The position numbers and the translations under genes are program-made. Below are positions 1-9,549 of a DNA stretch of 32,000 nt, piece after piece (position 1 is the stretch's first letter; every line of letters begins with the position of its first letter). This DNA comes from Pseudodesulfovibrio mercurii (GTDB lineage: Bacteria > Desulfobacterota > Desulfovibrionia > Desulfovibrionales > Desulfovibrionaceae). The DNA is taken from positions 3,300,001-3,332,000 of the forward strand of contig NC_016803.1 in the NCBI RefSeq assembly GCF_000189295.2, written 5' to 3'. Under the pieces are notes generated by a model. That model was given only the letters and a program-made list of their open reading frames with translations, ran no database searches and was not told the origin of the DNA.

Positions 1-705
1 TCCCAGCTCAACGTGCTCATCTCCGGCGGCACCGGCTCGGGCAAGACCACGCTGCTCAACTGCCTGTCGCGCAACGTGCCCGAGGACGAGCGCATCGTGA
101 CCATCGAGGACGCGGCCGAGCTGCAGCTCAAGCAGGATCACGTGGTCCGGCTGGAGACCCGCCCGGCCAACATCGAGGGACGCGGCGAGATCACCATGCG
201 CGACCTGGTCAAGAACTGCCTGCGTATGCGTCCGGACCGGATCATCGTCGGCGAGGTCCGTTCGGCCGAGGCCCTGGACATGCTCCAGGCCATGAACACC
301 GGTCACGACGGTTCCCTGACCATCATCCACGCCAACACGCCCCGCGACGCCCTGATGCGTCTGGAGACCATGATCTCCATGGCCGGGCTGAACCTGAATC
401 CCCTTTCCATGAAGCGCTACATCTCCTCGGCCATCGACGTCATCATCCAGGCCACCCGCCTGGTGGACGGCACCAGAAAGGTCATCTCCATCCAGGAAGT
501 GACCGGCATGGAAGGGGAGATGATCACCATGCAGGAGATCTTCGCCTTCGAGCAGACCGGCCTGACCCACGACGGCAAGGTGGAGGGCTACTTCACCGCC
601 CGGGGCATCCGCCCCAAGTTCGCCGAAAAGCTCGAGCGCATGGGCTTCCCGTTCCCCATGGACACCTTCAACGTCACCCCCAGACCCCCGAAGAACAAGG
701 AGTAG
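1..705 (+). CDS. tadA: Tad/Flp pilus secretion ATPase (CpaF/TadA family), 5' end cut by the window edge
   Basis: The frame is open from base 1. It reads [20 protein letters not shown] (Walker A), then [21 protein letters not shown] (Walker B/Asp box) and [15 protein letters not shown] (His box), typical of CpaF/VirB11-type ATPases. tadB and tadC follow immediately. Confidence 0.9.
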   Translation, partial: SQLNVLISGGTGSGKTTLLNCLSRNVPEDERIVTIEDAAELQLKQDHVVRLETRPANIEGRGEITMRDLVKNCLRMRPDRIIVGEVRSAEALDMLQAMNTGHDGSLTIIHANTPRDALMRLETMISMAGLNLNPLSMKRYISSAIDVIIQATRLVDGTRKVISIQEVTGMEGEMITMQEIFAFEQTGLTHDGKVEGYFTARGIRPKFAEKLERMGFPFPMDTFNVTPRPPKNKE

Positions 706-708
706 GCC

Positions 709-1683
709 ATGTCCATGACACTGATCATCGCGGCAGCGGCCGTGCTCATCGTCTTCCTGCTGGTCATGGGCATCGGTTCGCTCATGCAGTCCGGCTCGGA
801 CAAGGCCGAGCGCCGGGTCAAGGATCGCCTCCGGGCCATGGCCCTGACCGCGGACATCGACGCCGCCTCCGTGGACCTGGTCCTGCGCGAGGCCGCCATG
901 AGCGAGGTGCCGCTGTTCAACCGGTTGCTCGAGAGCATGCGCTGGTCCAGCAACCTCAGCCGCCTGCTCTACCAGGCCGACGCCAAGGGTTCGCCGGGCG
1001 TCTACCTCCTGCTGTGCATGCTCCTGGCCGTCATCGGCTTCTACGCCGGGTCCTTTTCCGGCAAGATATGGGTCTCCCTGGCCGGGGCGATCATGCTCGG
1101 CTACCTGCCCATCTGGATACTCCAGGGCAAGAAGCGCAAGCGCATGGACCGCTTCCAGAAGCAGCTGCCCGAGGCCCTGGACCTCATGGCCCGCGCGCTC
1201 AAGGCCGGACACACCTTCGGCGGCGGCATGCGCATGGTGGCCGACGAGTTCGACGGCCCCATCGGCCCCGAGTTCGGCAAGACCCTGGACGAGATCAACT
1301 ACGGCATGGACGTGGACCGCGCCCTGAGCAACCTCCAGTCGCGGGTGGACTGCCCGGACCTGAAGTTCTTCGTGGTCTCGGTGAACATCCAGCGCGAGAC
1401 CGGCGGCAACCTGGCCGAGATCATCGCCAAGATCGCCGCCCTGGTGCGCGAGCGGTTCGCCCTGTTCGGCAAGATCCGCGTCCTGTCCGCCGAGGGCCGG
1501 GTGTCCGCCTACATCCTCATCGCCCTGCCGTTCCTGCTGACCGGCATCCTGTACGTGGTCAACTCGGACTACATCAGCCTGCTGTGGACCCGCGAACTGG
1601 GCCAGAACATGGTCTGGGGCGCGGCCATCTCCATGATCATCGGCGCGGCCATCATCCGCAAGATCATCAAGATCAAGGTGTAG
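709..1683 (+). CDS. tadB: Tad pilus inner-membrane platform protein TadB (T2SS F-domain protein)
   Basis: An AAGGAG Shine-Dalgarno (SD) sequence lies 6 nt upstream of the ATG, 3 nt after the tadA stop. The protein has an N-terminal TM segment, a cytoplasmic helical domain (LPEALDLMARALKAGH, typical of the T2SSF fold) and C-terminal TM segments. Position is directly after tadA. Confidence 0.85.
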   Translation: MSMTLIIAAAAVLIVFLLVMGIGSLMQSGSDKAERRVKDRLRAMALTADIDAASVDLVLREAAMSEVPLFNRLLESMRWSSNLSRLLYQADAKGSPGVYLLLCMLLAVIGFYAGSFSGKIWVSLAGAIMLGYLPIWILQGKKRKRMDRFQKQLPEALDLMARALKAGHTFGGGMRMVADEFDGPIGPEFGKTLDEINYGMDVDRALSNLQSRVDCPDLKFFVVSVNIQRETGGNLAEIIAKIAALVRERFALFGKIRVLSAEGRVSAYILIALPFLLTGILYVVNSDYISLLWTRELGQNMVWGAAISMIIGAAIIRKIIKIKV

Positions 1684-1693
1684 GGAGGCGACC

Positions 1694-2650
1694 ATGGACA
1701 TCCAGATAGTTCCCCTGTTCGCCGCGGGCATCGGTTTCGTCTCCGTGCTCCTGGCCGGTTACGGCCTCCTCGGCTACCTGAGCGGCGCCAGCGACTCGGC
1801 CAAGCTCAAGGAGCGGGTCTCGGGCACGACCGTCAAGCGGTCCGATGCCCTGACCGCCCCCCTGGGCAACGCGGTCAAGTCCGTCGTGGACTTTTTCGGC
1901 CGGCTGGGCACCAAGATCGGCCCCACCGAGACCGAGGAGATCGACAAGGGCCGCCTGCGCTTGATCCAGGCAGGCATGCGCAAGCCCGATTCCTACAAGA
2001 TCTTTCAGGGCCTCAAGGGGTTCCTGGCCGTGGGGTTGGCCGGCGGCTTCCTGCTCGTCCGCTTCCTGTTCATTGAGGACATGTCCATAGCCATGACCGC
2101 CTTCGGCACGGTCACCCTGGCCGCAGTGGGCGTGTACGGACCCGAGTACTGGCTGAGCAAGAAGATCAACCGGCGCAAGTTGGCCGTGGGCGACGAACTG
2201 CCCGACGCCCTCGACCTCCTGGTGGTCTGCGTGGAGTCAGGCATGGGCCTGGACCAGGCCGTGGACCGCGTCTGCCAGGAGATGAAGAACTCCGGCCCGA
2301 TCATCAGCTCCGAATTCAAGCTGCTCACCCTGGAGCTGCGCGCGGGCAAGGCCCGCATCGACGCCCTGCGCTCCCTGGCGGAACGGGTGGGGCTGGACGA
2401 CCTGAACAGCCTGACCTCGCTGCTCATCCAGGCCGACGCCTTCGGCATCAGCGTCGGCCGGACCCTGCGCGTCTACTCGGACGCCATGCGCGTCAAGCGC
2501 TCCCAGCGCGCCGAGGAAAAGGCCGCCAAGATGCCCGTACTGCTGCTTCTTCCGCTTGTGGCGTTCATCCTCCCGACCCTGTTCGTGGCCATCCTCGGAC
2601 CGGCGGTGATCATGAGCATGGACATGTTCCTCAAGATGAACAGTCATTAG
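1694..2650 (+). CDS. tadC: Tad pilus inner-membrane platform protein TadC (T2SS F-domain protein)
   Basis: A GGAGG SD precedes the ATG. The protein is a paralog of the preceding gene (LPDALDLLVVCVESGMGLDQA motif, flanking TM segments). The order tadA-tadB-tadC is canonical. Confidence 0.85.
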   Translation: MDIQIVPLFAAGIGFVSVLLAGYGLLGYLSGASDSAKLKERVSGTTVKRSDALTAPLGNAVKSVVDFFGRLGTKIGPTETEEIDKGRLRLIQAGMRKPDSYKIFQGLKGFLAVGLAGGFLLVRFLFIEDMSIAMTAFGTVTLAAVGVYGPEYWLSKKINRRKLAVGDELPDALDLLVVCVESGMGLDQAVDRVCQEMKNSGPIISSEFKLLTLELRAGKARIDALRSLAERVGLDDLNSLTSLLIQADAFGISVGRTLRVYSDAMRVKRSQRAEEKAAKMPVLLLLPLVAFILPTLFVAILGPAVIMSMDMFLKMNSH

Positions 2651-2673
2651 GGCTAAGAGCCAAGGAGACCGTC

Positions 2674-4029
2674 ATGAAAAAGCTTTCCATCATCGCGATA
2701 ACGATTTTCGCAGGCGTGGTCCTGTCCGGCTGCATGGGCAAGTCCTACGACGACAAGACCTTCGATGAACTGGCCTACGGCGAGGGCTCCGCGGTCAACC
2801 TGACCAGCGAGCAGCACGAGCAGGTGGGCGACGGCTACGTCCGGCGCGCCAAGCCCGAGATGGCCCTGGTCCACTTCAACAAGGCCATCGAGCTGGACGG
2901 CGACAACCTGGACGCCCGGGTCAAGCGCGGCGAGCTGCTGGTCGATCAGGGGCTGGACGAGCAGGCCCTGGCCGAGTTCACCAAGGTCCTGGAAAAGGAC
3001 CCGAACCACGCCATCGCCAACGAGGCCGCTGGCTGCGTGTATTTCCGCTCCGGGCTGTACGACGAGGCCGAGGCGCACCTGATCCGCGCCGTGGAGCTCA
3101 ACCCCATGCTCTGGAAGGCCCACAACTTCCTGGGCATCATCTACGACCGCAACCGCGACTACGACAAGGCCGCCAAGGAATTTTCCGCCGCCCTGGAACT
3201 GCACCGGGGCAACGGCGTGGACGAGATCTACAACAACCTGGGCGTGGTCCACATCGCCCGCAAGCAGTACGCCCAGGCGGTGGAGACCTTCCGCCAGGCG
3301 CTCCAGGCGGGCGGCGTGTCCTCCCGGACCTACAACAACCTCGGCCTGGCCCTGGCCCGTATGGGCCGTCTGGACGAGGCTCTCGAATCCTTCAAGTACG
3401 CCGGCGGCGAAGCCAAGGCCAACAACAATCTCGGATACGTCCTCCTGACGGAGAACCAGCCCGCCCAGGCGGCGCCCTATTTCGAGAAGGCCATCGAGCT
3501 GTCGCCCAACTACTACGTGAAGGCCGCCGACAACCTGAAGCGCGCCCGACTGGCGGCCCGCTTTCAGGAGATCGGCACCCAACTCAGCGGTTCCACCCCG
3601 AACCCTCTGCTTCGTACGTCCTTCCCCGACGTGAAGCAGAACCCCGGCGAGCCTGCGGCATCTCCCGCGTCCGCAGGCTCGCCTCCCCCTCCCGTCAAGG
3701 CCGTCCAGGCGGTCCTGAACGAGCAGGGTTCCGGGGACAAGAACATAATTCCCAGGGAAAAGACCTACGGGCTGCACATCAGCTCCTGGCACAACGAGAA
3801 GAACGCCCTGCTTCAGTGCGAAGACCTCAAGAAGCAGGGGTTCGAGACCTGGATCAACCAGGTGGACCTCGGCGACAAGGGCGTCTGGTATCGCGTCCTG
3901 GTCGGCAAGTTCTCCTCGGTCCGGGAAGCCCGCGCCGAACGGCCCGACGTGCTGACCATCCTCAACCTGGACAGCGCCCCGATCTTCGAGCGCGAGGACC
4001 CCGAGCCCGTGGTCTCGGCCCAACTCTAG
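2674..4029 (+). CDS. TadD-like TPR lipoprotein with a C-terminal SPOR (peptidoglycan-binding) domain
   Basis: An AAGGAG SD precedes the start. The signal peptide carries a lipobox (VVLSGC). About six TPR-like repeats are visible (A..F.KA.ELDP.N, YNNLG.., A...F.KAIELSP.Y). A Pro/Ser-rich linker follows. The C-terminus YGLHISSWHNEKNALLQCEDLKKQGFETWINQVDLGDKGVWYRVLVGKFSSVREA matches the SPOR pattern. Confidence 0.8.
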   Translation: MKKLSIIAITIFAGVVLSGCMGKSYDDKTFDELAYGEGSAVNLTSEQHEQVGDGYVRRAKPEMALVHFNKAIELDGDNLDARVKRGELLVDQGLDEQALAEFTKVLEKDPNHAIANEAAGCVYFRSGLYDEAEAHLIRAVELNPMLWKAHNFLGIIYDRNRDYDKAAKEFSAALELHRGNGVDEIYNNLGVVHIARKQYAQAVETFRQALQAGGVSSRTYNNLGLALARMGRLDEALESFKYAGGEAKANNNLGYVLLTENQPAQAAPYFEKAIELSPNYYVKAADNLKRARLAARFQEIGTQLSGSTPNPLLRTSFPDVKQNPGEPAASPASAGSPPPPVKAVQAVLNEQGSGDKNIIPREKTYGLHISSWHNEKNALLQCEDLKKQGFETWINQVDLGDKGVWYRVLVGKFSSVREARAERPDVLTILNLDSAPIFEREDPEPVVSAQL

Positions 4030-4066
4030 CAACGGCACAACGTCTTGACAGGCACCGGCCCGTGCA

Positions 4067-4108
4067 GCACCCCGGACAGGCGGCCCCGAGCCGACTGCTC
4101 CGGGGTGC
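4067..4108 (+). terminator. Perfect 10-bp stem-loop after the TPR-SPOR gene (GCACCCCGGA, 22-nt loop, TCCGGGGTGC), no U-tract
   Basis: The inverted repeat was read directly from the sequence, 38 nt after the stop at 4029. It lacks a T-run, so a role as terminator or RNA-processing/stability element is uncertain. Confidence 0.4.
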
Positions 4109-4150
4109 CTGCGTAATGGAGGAACCTTCCCTTTTTCAGCGGATTTCCGT

Positions 4151-6355
4151 ATGTTTCCCGGAAGACATGAGGCCCCCGACCCGGCCCGAACCTTCGGAGA
4201 GATGAACTTGCCAGCCGACCGCACCCAGCGCTTTCGCGTCCTCGCCGTGGATCACGACGAGTCCATGCTCACGCTCTACCGCGACATCCTCTGCTTCGAG
4301 AGCGAGGAGCCGTCCGCCCTGGAGGCCCTGTTCGACGACGACGCCCGGCTGCCGTCCCGCGAGGAGATCGCCGAGGACGCGGCCCGGCCGGTCTTCGAGG
4401 TGGTCCAGGCCCCGGACGCGGCGGGCGGGCTCAAGGCCATGGACCGGGCGCTGGCCGAGGGTGCGCCCTTCGCCATCGCGCTCATCGACATCCAACTGTC
4501 CGACCTGGGCGAGGCGCTGGGGGGCATCGACCTGGCCGAAGCCCTGCGCGGCCGGGACCCGTACATGGAGATCGTCCTGCTCTCGGCCCGCCACAAGGTG
4601 CCGCTCAAGGAATTCAACAAGCGTGTCCAGCCGCCCGAGAAGCTGCTCTTCGTCCAGAAGCCGTTCCGCTCGCCCGAACTCAAGCAGATCGCCCTGTCCC
4701 TGGGCTCCAAGTGGGACGCCGAGAACCGGCTGCGGGACCTGAACGAGACCCTGGCCTCCAAGGTCGAGGCCCGGACCAGCGAACTCAACGCGGCCAACCG
4801 GCGGCTTCGGCTCGACATCGCCAAGCGCGCCGCGGTCCTGCGCGAGCTCAAGGCCTCGGAGCAGCGCTACCGGCTGCTCTTCGAGAAGAACATCACCGGC
4901 AATTTCGCGGCCGACGCCGAGGGGGCCATCCTGGACTGCAACGCGGCCTTTGCCGAGATGTTCTCCTTCGCCCTGCCCGAGGACGCCCTGGGCGCGAACA
5001 TCTTCGACCTCTGGGACCGGGCCGGGGGCGGGGAGTCCCTGCGCGACCTGCTGGCGGCCGGCGGGCGGGTGTCCAACCAGGAGGTGGTCTTCACGCGCGG
5101 CCCCCTCAAGCGCCACCTGATGGTCAGCTGCGACACCGTGACCGACGACGAGGGCGGGCAGGAGGAGCTGCGCGGCTACCTGTTCGACATTTCCGAGCCC
5201 AAGCGGCTGGAGGACCAGCTGCGCCAGGCCCAGAAGATGGAGGCGCTGGGCACCCTGGCCGGGGGCATCGCCCACGACTTCAACAACATCCTCGGCGTGA
5301 TCCTGGGTTACGCCGAGATCATCGAGTCCGGGGCCGAGCCGGACTCCGGCCTGGAGCGGCGCATCGGGGAGATATCCCGGGCGGGCCGGAGGGCGCGCGA
5401 CCTGGTCACCCAGATCCTGAATTTCTCTCGCCAGGGCCCCCAGGAACGCCACGCCATGACCCTGACCCCGCTGATCAAGGAGGCCCTCAAGCTGCTCCGG
5501 TCCAGCGTGCCCTCCAACGTGGGCATCGTTACCCGGTTCGAGACCGACCGCGACCAGGTCATGGCCGACGCCACCCAGATGCACCAGATCCTGCTCAACC
5601 TCTGCGGCAACGCCGCCCACGCCATGCAGGAGACCGGCGGGACCATGACCATCACCCTGGCCGACGTGCACCAGGACGACCCGGTGCTGCCGCCCGAGGA
5701 CCTGGGCAAGGCCGAACGGTTCGTGCGGCTGACCGTGGCCGACAACGGGCCGGGCATCGACCCGGACGTGGCCGGGCGGGTCTTCGACCCCTTCTTCACC
5801 ACCAAGAAGCAGGGGGAGGGCACGGGCATGGGGCTGGCCATGGTCCACGGCATCGTCAAGCGGCACGACGGCTATCTGGAGCTGGAGAACCGTCCGGGCC
5901 AGGGCGCGACCTTCCACGTCTTCCTGCCGCGCAGCTCCGAGGTGGCCCGGCGCGAGGCGGACATCCCGTCCGACCTGGTCTTCCGCGAGGGGCGCATTCT
6001 GTTCGTGGACGACGAGAAGCCGCTCACGGACATCGGCCGCGAGATGCTCGAGTCCTGCGGCTTCGAGGTGGTCACCCGGACGTCCAGCATCGAGGCCCTG
6101 GAGGCTTTCAAGTTCCGGGCCCGCGACTTCGACCTGATCATCACGGACCAGTCCATGCCGAACATGACCGGCATGGAGTTCGCCCGCGAGGTCCTCAAGA
6201 TCCGGCCCGACATCCCGATCATCCTGTGCACCGGGTTCTCGGACGCCGTGTCCTACGAGCGGCTGCGCGACGTGGGCATCGGCGACTTCATCATGAAGCC
6301 GATCCTCAAGCACGACCTGATGGCCTCCATCAGCCGCCTGCTGGGCGGGGAATAA
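4151..6355 (+). CDS. Hybrid sensor histidine kinase: N-terminal receiver-like domain, coiled coil, PAS, HisKA, HATPase_c, C-terminal receiver
   Basis: The H-box reads [20 protein letters not shown]. The N and G boxes read [18 protein letters not shown] and [15 protein letters not shown]. The C-terminal REC reads ILFVDDE ... [13 protein letters not shown] ... MKP. The N-terminal REC-like region reads [11 protein letters not shown] ... ALIDIQL ... QKPF. The start is uncertain (ATG 4151 or ATG 4203) because neither has a well-spaced SD. Confidence 0.85.
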   Translation: MFPGRHEAPDPARTFGEMNLPADRTQRFRVLAVDHDESMLTLYRDILCFESEEPSALEALFDDDARLPSREEIAEDAARPVFEVVQAPDAAGGLKAMDRALAEGAPFAIALIDIQLSDLGEALGGIDLAEALRGRDPYMEIVLLSARHKVPLKEFNKRVQPPEKLLFVQKPFRSPELKQIALSLGSKWDAENRLRDLNETLASKVEARTSELNAANRRLRLDIAKRAAVLRELKASEQRYRLLFEKNITGNFAADAEGAILDCNAAFAEMFSFALPEDALGANIFDLWDRAGGGESLRDLLAAGGRVSNQEVVFTRGPLKRHLMVSCDTVTDDEGGQEELRGYLFDISEPKRLEDQLRQAQKMEALGTLAGGIAHDFNNILGVILGYAEIIESGAEPDSGLERRIGEISRAGRRARDLVTQILNFSRQGPQERHAMTLTPLIKEALKLLRSSVPSNVGIVTRFETDRDQVMADATQMHQILLNLCGNAAHAMQETGGTMTITLADVHQDDPVLPPEDLGKAERFVRLTVADNGPGIDPDVAGRVFDPFFTTKKQGEGTGMGLAMVHGIVKRHDGYLELENRPGQGATFHVFLPRSSEVARREADIPSDLVFREGRILFVDDEKPLTDIGREMLESCGFEVVTRTSSIEALEAFKFRARDFDLIITDQSMPNMTGMEFAREVLKIRPDIPIILCTGFSDAVSYERLRDVGIGDFIMKPILKHDLMASISRLLGGE

Positions 6356-6402
6356 CCGCCGTTCCGGCCGGAGAAACCCGGCCCCCACCCCCATGAAACG
6401 TC

Positions 6403-6435
6403 AGGGGCCGGAGTTCGCTTCGGCCCTTTCTCTTC
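6403..6435 (+). terminator. Rho-independent terminator candidate after the hybrid kinase
   Basis: GGGGCCG, a 10-nt loop and CGGCCC(T) are followed by TTTCTCTT, about 50 nt after the stop at 6355. Confidence 0.55.
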
Positions 6436-6582
6436 GGCGCCGCCGGGAAAGCCTCCGTGAAACCGGGCGATTAGAAATATCTATTGAATCCATCGATGAC
6501 AACGGACGCTCAATAGACGGTATCAATTTGACAGAACGGTGACGCGGATACCAGGGTGTCAGGGACCGGAAAAGGACAACCC

Positions 6583-7389
6583 ATGAAAATCGATACCGTT
6601 TTTGAGCAGGGGACCGGCCCGCTGAACGAGGACTTTTTGGTGGTGGACAAGAACCTGTTCGGCGTGTTCGACGGGGCCACCAGCCTGTCCCCGGCCCGGT
6701 TCGGCCACGGCCTGACCGGCGGCTACCTGGCCGCGACCATCGCCGGGAGCGCCTTCCACGGCAGCGGCCTGCCCCTCGACGAGCTGGCGGAGCGGGCCAA
6801 CCGGGCCATCCTCGACGGCATGGTCGGGCACGGCGTGGACCTGGACGACCGGGCCAACCTGTGGTCCACCAGCGCGGCCGTGTGCCGGGTGGAGGCGGAC
6901 CGCTTCGAGTGGGTCCAGATCGGCGACTGCCTGGTCATGACCCTGCACGAGGACGGCAGCCACCGGGTGCACTGCGCCGAATTCAACCACGACCTTGAGA
7001 CCCTGACACTGTGGCAGGAGGTCTCCTGCGGAAGCGACGGGCCGATCCTCGACGTCCTGCACGACCAGATCGTCAAGGTGCGTCGGGGCATGAACGTGAC
7101 CTACGGCGTGCTCAACGGCGAACCCGCGGCCATGGATTTCCTGAACACCGGCTCCCTGCCCCTCGACGGGATCACGGACATCCTGCTCTTCACCGACGGC
7201 CTGTTCATCCCCAAGCGCGATCCGGGGGAGCGCGAAAATTTCGACCTGTTCGCCGACCTGTTCCGGGCGGGCGGGCTCAAGTCCGTCCGGGACCACGTCC
7301 GGAGCACGGAAGCGGGTGACGCGGCATGCACCCTCTATCCCCGGTTCAAGGTTCACGACGACATGGCGGCCATTTCCGTCGCGCTGTAG
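6583..7389 (+). CDS. PP2C-family (PP2C_2-like) protein phosphatase domain protein
   Basis: The protein contains NEDFLVVDKNLFGVFDGATS (PP2C-like metal-binding Asp motif), QIGDC and LLFTDGL near the C-terminus. I prefer ATG 6583 (AAAGGA 7 nt upstream) over the GTG at 6556 used by the ORF track. Confidence 0.65.
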   Translation: MKIDTVFEQGTGPLNEDFLVVDKNLFGVFDGATSLSPARFGHGLTGGYLAATIAGSAFHGSGLPLDELAERANRAILDGMVGHGVDLDDRANLWSTSAAVCRVEADRFEWVQIGDCLVMTLHEDGSHRVHCAEFNHDLETLTLWQEVSCGSDGPILDVLHDQIVKVRRGMNVTYGVLNGEPAAMDFLNTGSLPLDGITDILLFTDGLFIPKRDPGERENFDLFADLFRAGGLKSVRDHVRSTEAGDAACTLYPRFKVHDDMAAISVAL

Positions 7390-7441
7390 GCCGGGCGGGG
7401 CCTGCCCGCGGGACGTCACAACAACACATTGGAGGAATGCG

Positions 7442-8470
7442 ATGAAACGGATTTTCTGTCTGCTGTCCAGCCTGGCGGTCGTGGCGCTGTGCGCCGCCAC
7501 CGCGTTTGCCGGGAAACTTGAGGACAAGGTGGTGGTCTATTCCACCCACGGCGAGTCCCTGCTGGAGGTCGTGGCCGACGCCTTCGAGGCCAAGACCGGC
7601 GTGGCCGTGGAGTTCCTGAACCTCAAGGGCGAGCTGGCCGACCGGGTGCGCGCCGAAAAGGCCAACCCCCAGTCCGACGTCATGTACGGCGGCCCGTCCT
7701 CGGTTTACCAGGAGTTGCAGGCCGAGGACCTGTTCGCGTCCTTCACGCCCACCTGGGCCGCCAAGGTGAACCCCCTGTTCAAGGACAAGGACGGCTACTG
7801 GATCGGCACCATCCAGACCCCGGTGCTGCTCTTCTACAACACCGAGATGCTCACCGCCGCCGAGGCCCCCAAGGACTGGAAGGACCTGGCCGATCCCCGG
7901 TACAAGGACATGCTGGTCTTCCGCAACGCCCTGTCCTCGTCGGCCCGGGCCACCTATTCCGCCCTGTTGCAGCAGTACGAGAAGAAGGGCGAGCTTGACA
8001 AGGGCTGGGCCTTCCTCAAGGGCGTCGACGCCAACACCAAGCGCTACTACGGTAGCGGCTCCCTCCTGTTCCAGGCCGTGGGCCGCAAGGAGGCCGCCAT
8101 CAGCTTCTCGGTGCTCAACGACATCATCGACAACAAGACCAAGAACAAGATGCCGCTGCAGTTCATCGACGCGGCCAGCGGCTCCCCGGTCATCACCGAC
8201 GGCATCGCGGTGATCAACAACGCCAAGCACCCCGAGGCGGCCAAGGCCTTCGTGGAGTTCGCGGGCAGCGCCGAGATCCAGGCCCTGCTGGCCCAGAAGT
8301 TCAACCGCATGCCGACCCTGCCCGACGCCCTGGCCGGGGCCCCGGAGTGGATGGGCCAGGTCACGTTCAAGGCCATGGACGTCAACTGGGGCGAACTGGC
8401 CTCCCGCCAGTCGGCCTGGATGCAGAAGTGGGACGCCGAGATCAAGGATTCGGCCAAGGACAAGAAGTAG
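7442..8470 (+). CDS. ABC transporter periplasmic substrate-binding protein (iron(III)/thiamine/polyamine-type family 1 SBP)
   Basis: A GGAGGA SD lies 6 nt upstream of ATG 7442. The signal peptide is MKRIFCLLSSLAVVALCAATAFA. VVVYSTHGESLL and the overall pattern are typical of FbpA/ThiB/PotD-like binding proteins. The upstream extension in the ORF track (7316) has no support. Confidence 0.8.
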   Translation: MKRIFCLLSSLAVVALCAATAFAGKLEDKVVVYSTHGESLLEVVADAFEAKTGVAVEFLNLKGELADRVRAEKANPQSDVMYGGPSSVYQELQAEDLFASFTPTWAAKVNPLFKDKDGYWIGTIQTPVLLFYNTEMLTAAEAPKDWKDLADPRYKDMLVFRNALSSSARATYSALLQQYEKKGELDKGWAFLKGVDANTKRYYGSGSLLFQAVGRKEAAISFSVLNDIIDNKTKNKMPLQFIDAASGSPVITDGIAVINNAKHPEAAKAFVEFAGSAEIQALLAQKFNRMPTLPDALAGAPEWMGQVTFKAMDVNWGELASRQSAWMQKWDAEIKDSAKDKK

Positions 8471-8483
8471 CGGGGCCCCTGCC

Positions 8484-9545
8484 ATGGACGAAGTGGTCCT
8501 CCGGGGGGTGACCAGGACCTTCGGCGCGACCACGGCCTGCGCCGACGTGGACCTGGCCGTGGCCCGTGGCGAACTGTTCACCTTCCTGGGGCCGTCCGGC
8601 TGCGGCAAGACGACCATCCTGCGCCTGATTGCGGGGTTCCTGACCCCGCAGTCGGGCGTCATCCTGCTGGGCGGCCGGGACATCACCCGGCTGCCCCCCG
8701 AGAAGCGGGAGGTGGGCATGGTCTTCCAGAACTACGCCCTGTTCCCGTACCTGACCGTGGCCCGCAACGTGGAGTACGGCCTGCGCGTGCGCCGGCGGTC
8801 CAAGGGCGATATCCGCTCCACCGTGGCCCGGTACCTGGACATGGTCGGCCTGTCCGGCTTCGAGGAGCGGCGCATCGACGAGCTGTCCGGCGGCGAGCAG
8901 CAGCGGGTGGCCCTGGCCCGCTCCCTGGCCGTGGAGCCGCGCGTGCTCCTCCTGGACGAGCCGCTGTCCAACCTGGACGCCCGGCTGCGCGACCACACCC
9001 GCGAGGAGCTCCGCCGCCTGCAACGGGAGCTGGGCATCACCACCATCTTCGTCACCCACGACCAGAACGAGGCCCTGACCCTGTCCGACCGCATCGCCGT
9101 GTTCGACCGGGGCAGGGTGGTCCAGACCGGCACCCCGGCCGAGATATACGGCCGCCCGCGCAACGGCTTCGTGGCCGGGTTCGTGGGCGACACCAACCTG
9201 TTGGAGGCGGCCTGGCGAGACGGTCTGGCCGTGACCCCGGAGGGCCTGACCGTGCGCGCCGAGAGCGCGGGGCCGGGCCGGTATGTGGCCGTGCGGCCCC
9301 AGGACGTGCGCCTGTCCCCGCTCGGGAACGCGGGGTCCGCCCCCGCCCCCGACGACAACGTCTTCGAGGGCGTGGTGGAGGACGCGCAGCTCAACGGGGT
9401 GTGGATCGACTACCTGGTCCGGGTGGGGGCGACGCGGCTGCGCGCCGCCGCCCTGAACACCGTGACCGACGCCTTTGCGCCGCGTCCGGGCGAGCGGGTG
9501 CGCGTGTCCTTTGCGGCCCGCGCGGCCATGGTCCTGGAGGCTTAG
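8484..9545 (+). CDS. ABC transporter ATP-binding protein (FbpC/PotA-like, with C-terminal TOBE-like regulatory domain)
   Basis: Walker A is GPSGCGKTT, the Q-loop is VFQNYALFP, the signature is LSGGEQQRVALAR, Walker B is LLLDEPLSNLD and the H-loop is VTHDQ. Confidence 0.9.
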   Translation: MDEVVLRGVTRTFGATTACADVDLAVARGELFTFLGPSGCGKTTILRLIAGFLTPQSGVILLGGRDITRLPPEKREVGMVFQNYALFPYLTVARNVEYGLRVRRRSKGDIRSTVARYLDMVGLSGFEERRIDELSGGEQQRVALARSLAVEPRVLLLDEPLSNLDARLRDHTREELRRLQRELGITTIFVTHDQNEALTLSDRIAVFDRGRVVQTGTPAEIYGRPRNGFVAGFVGDTNLLEAAWRDGLAVTPEGLTVRAESAGPGRYVAVRPQDVRLSPLGNAGSAPAPDDNVFEGVVEDAQLNGVWIDYLVRVGATRLRAAALNTVTDAFAPRPGERVRVSFAARAAMVLEA

Positions 9546-9549
9546 GGCC

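Noticed and set aside
4033-4049. GGCACAACGTCTTGACA, containing a perfect TTGACA and a sigma54-like GGCAC
   Set aside because: No acceptable -10 hexamer lies 16-18 nt downstream of TTGACA. The sigma54 reading has the wrong spacing and GA instead of GC at -12.
2653-6394. Very long minus-strand ORFs (2653-4224 at 523 aa, 4136-6394 at 752 aa) and a plus-strand alternative frame (4711-6396 at 561 aa), all overlapping the TPR-SPOR and kinase genes
   Set aside because: Their translations are Gly/Arg/Pro/Ala/Val/Leu low-complexity strings with no motifs. They are typical stop-poor shadow frames of a 65% GC genome. The chosen plus-strand frames carry clear TPR, SPOR, PAS, HisKA and REC motifs.
7316-7441. 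N-terminal extensions offered by the ORF track for many genes. Track starts versus my chosen starts: 7316 vs 7442, 9475 vs 9550, 12575 vs 12500, 14316 vs 14169, 17398 vs 17170, 22383 vs 22287, 25269 vs 25233, 25901 vs 25979, 26652 vs 26760, 27802 vs 27583
   Set aside because: In each case an internal start has a proper SD. It also begins exactly at a signal peptide, a domain start or the MCGI Ntn motif. The extension is Arg/Pro/Cys-rich junk or overlaps the upstream gene.
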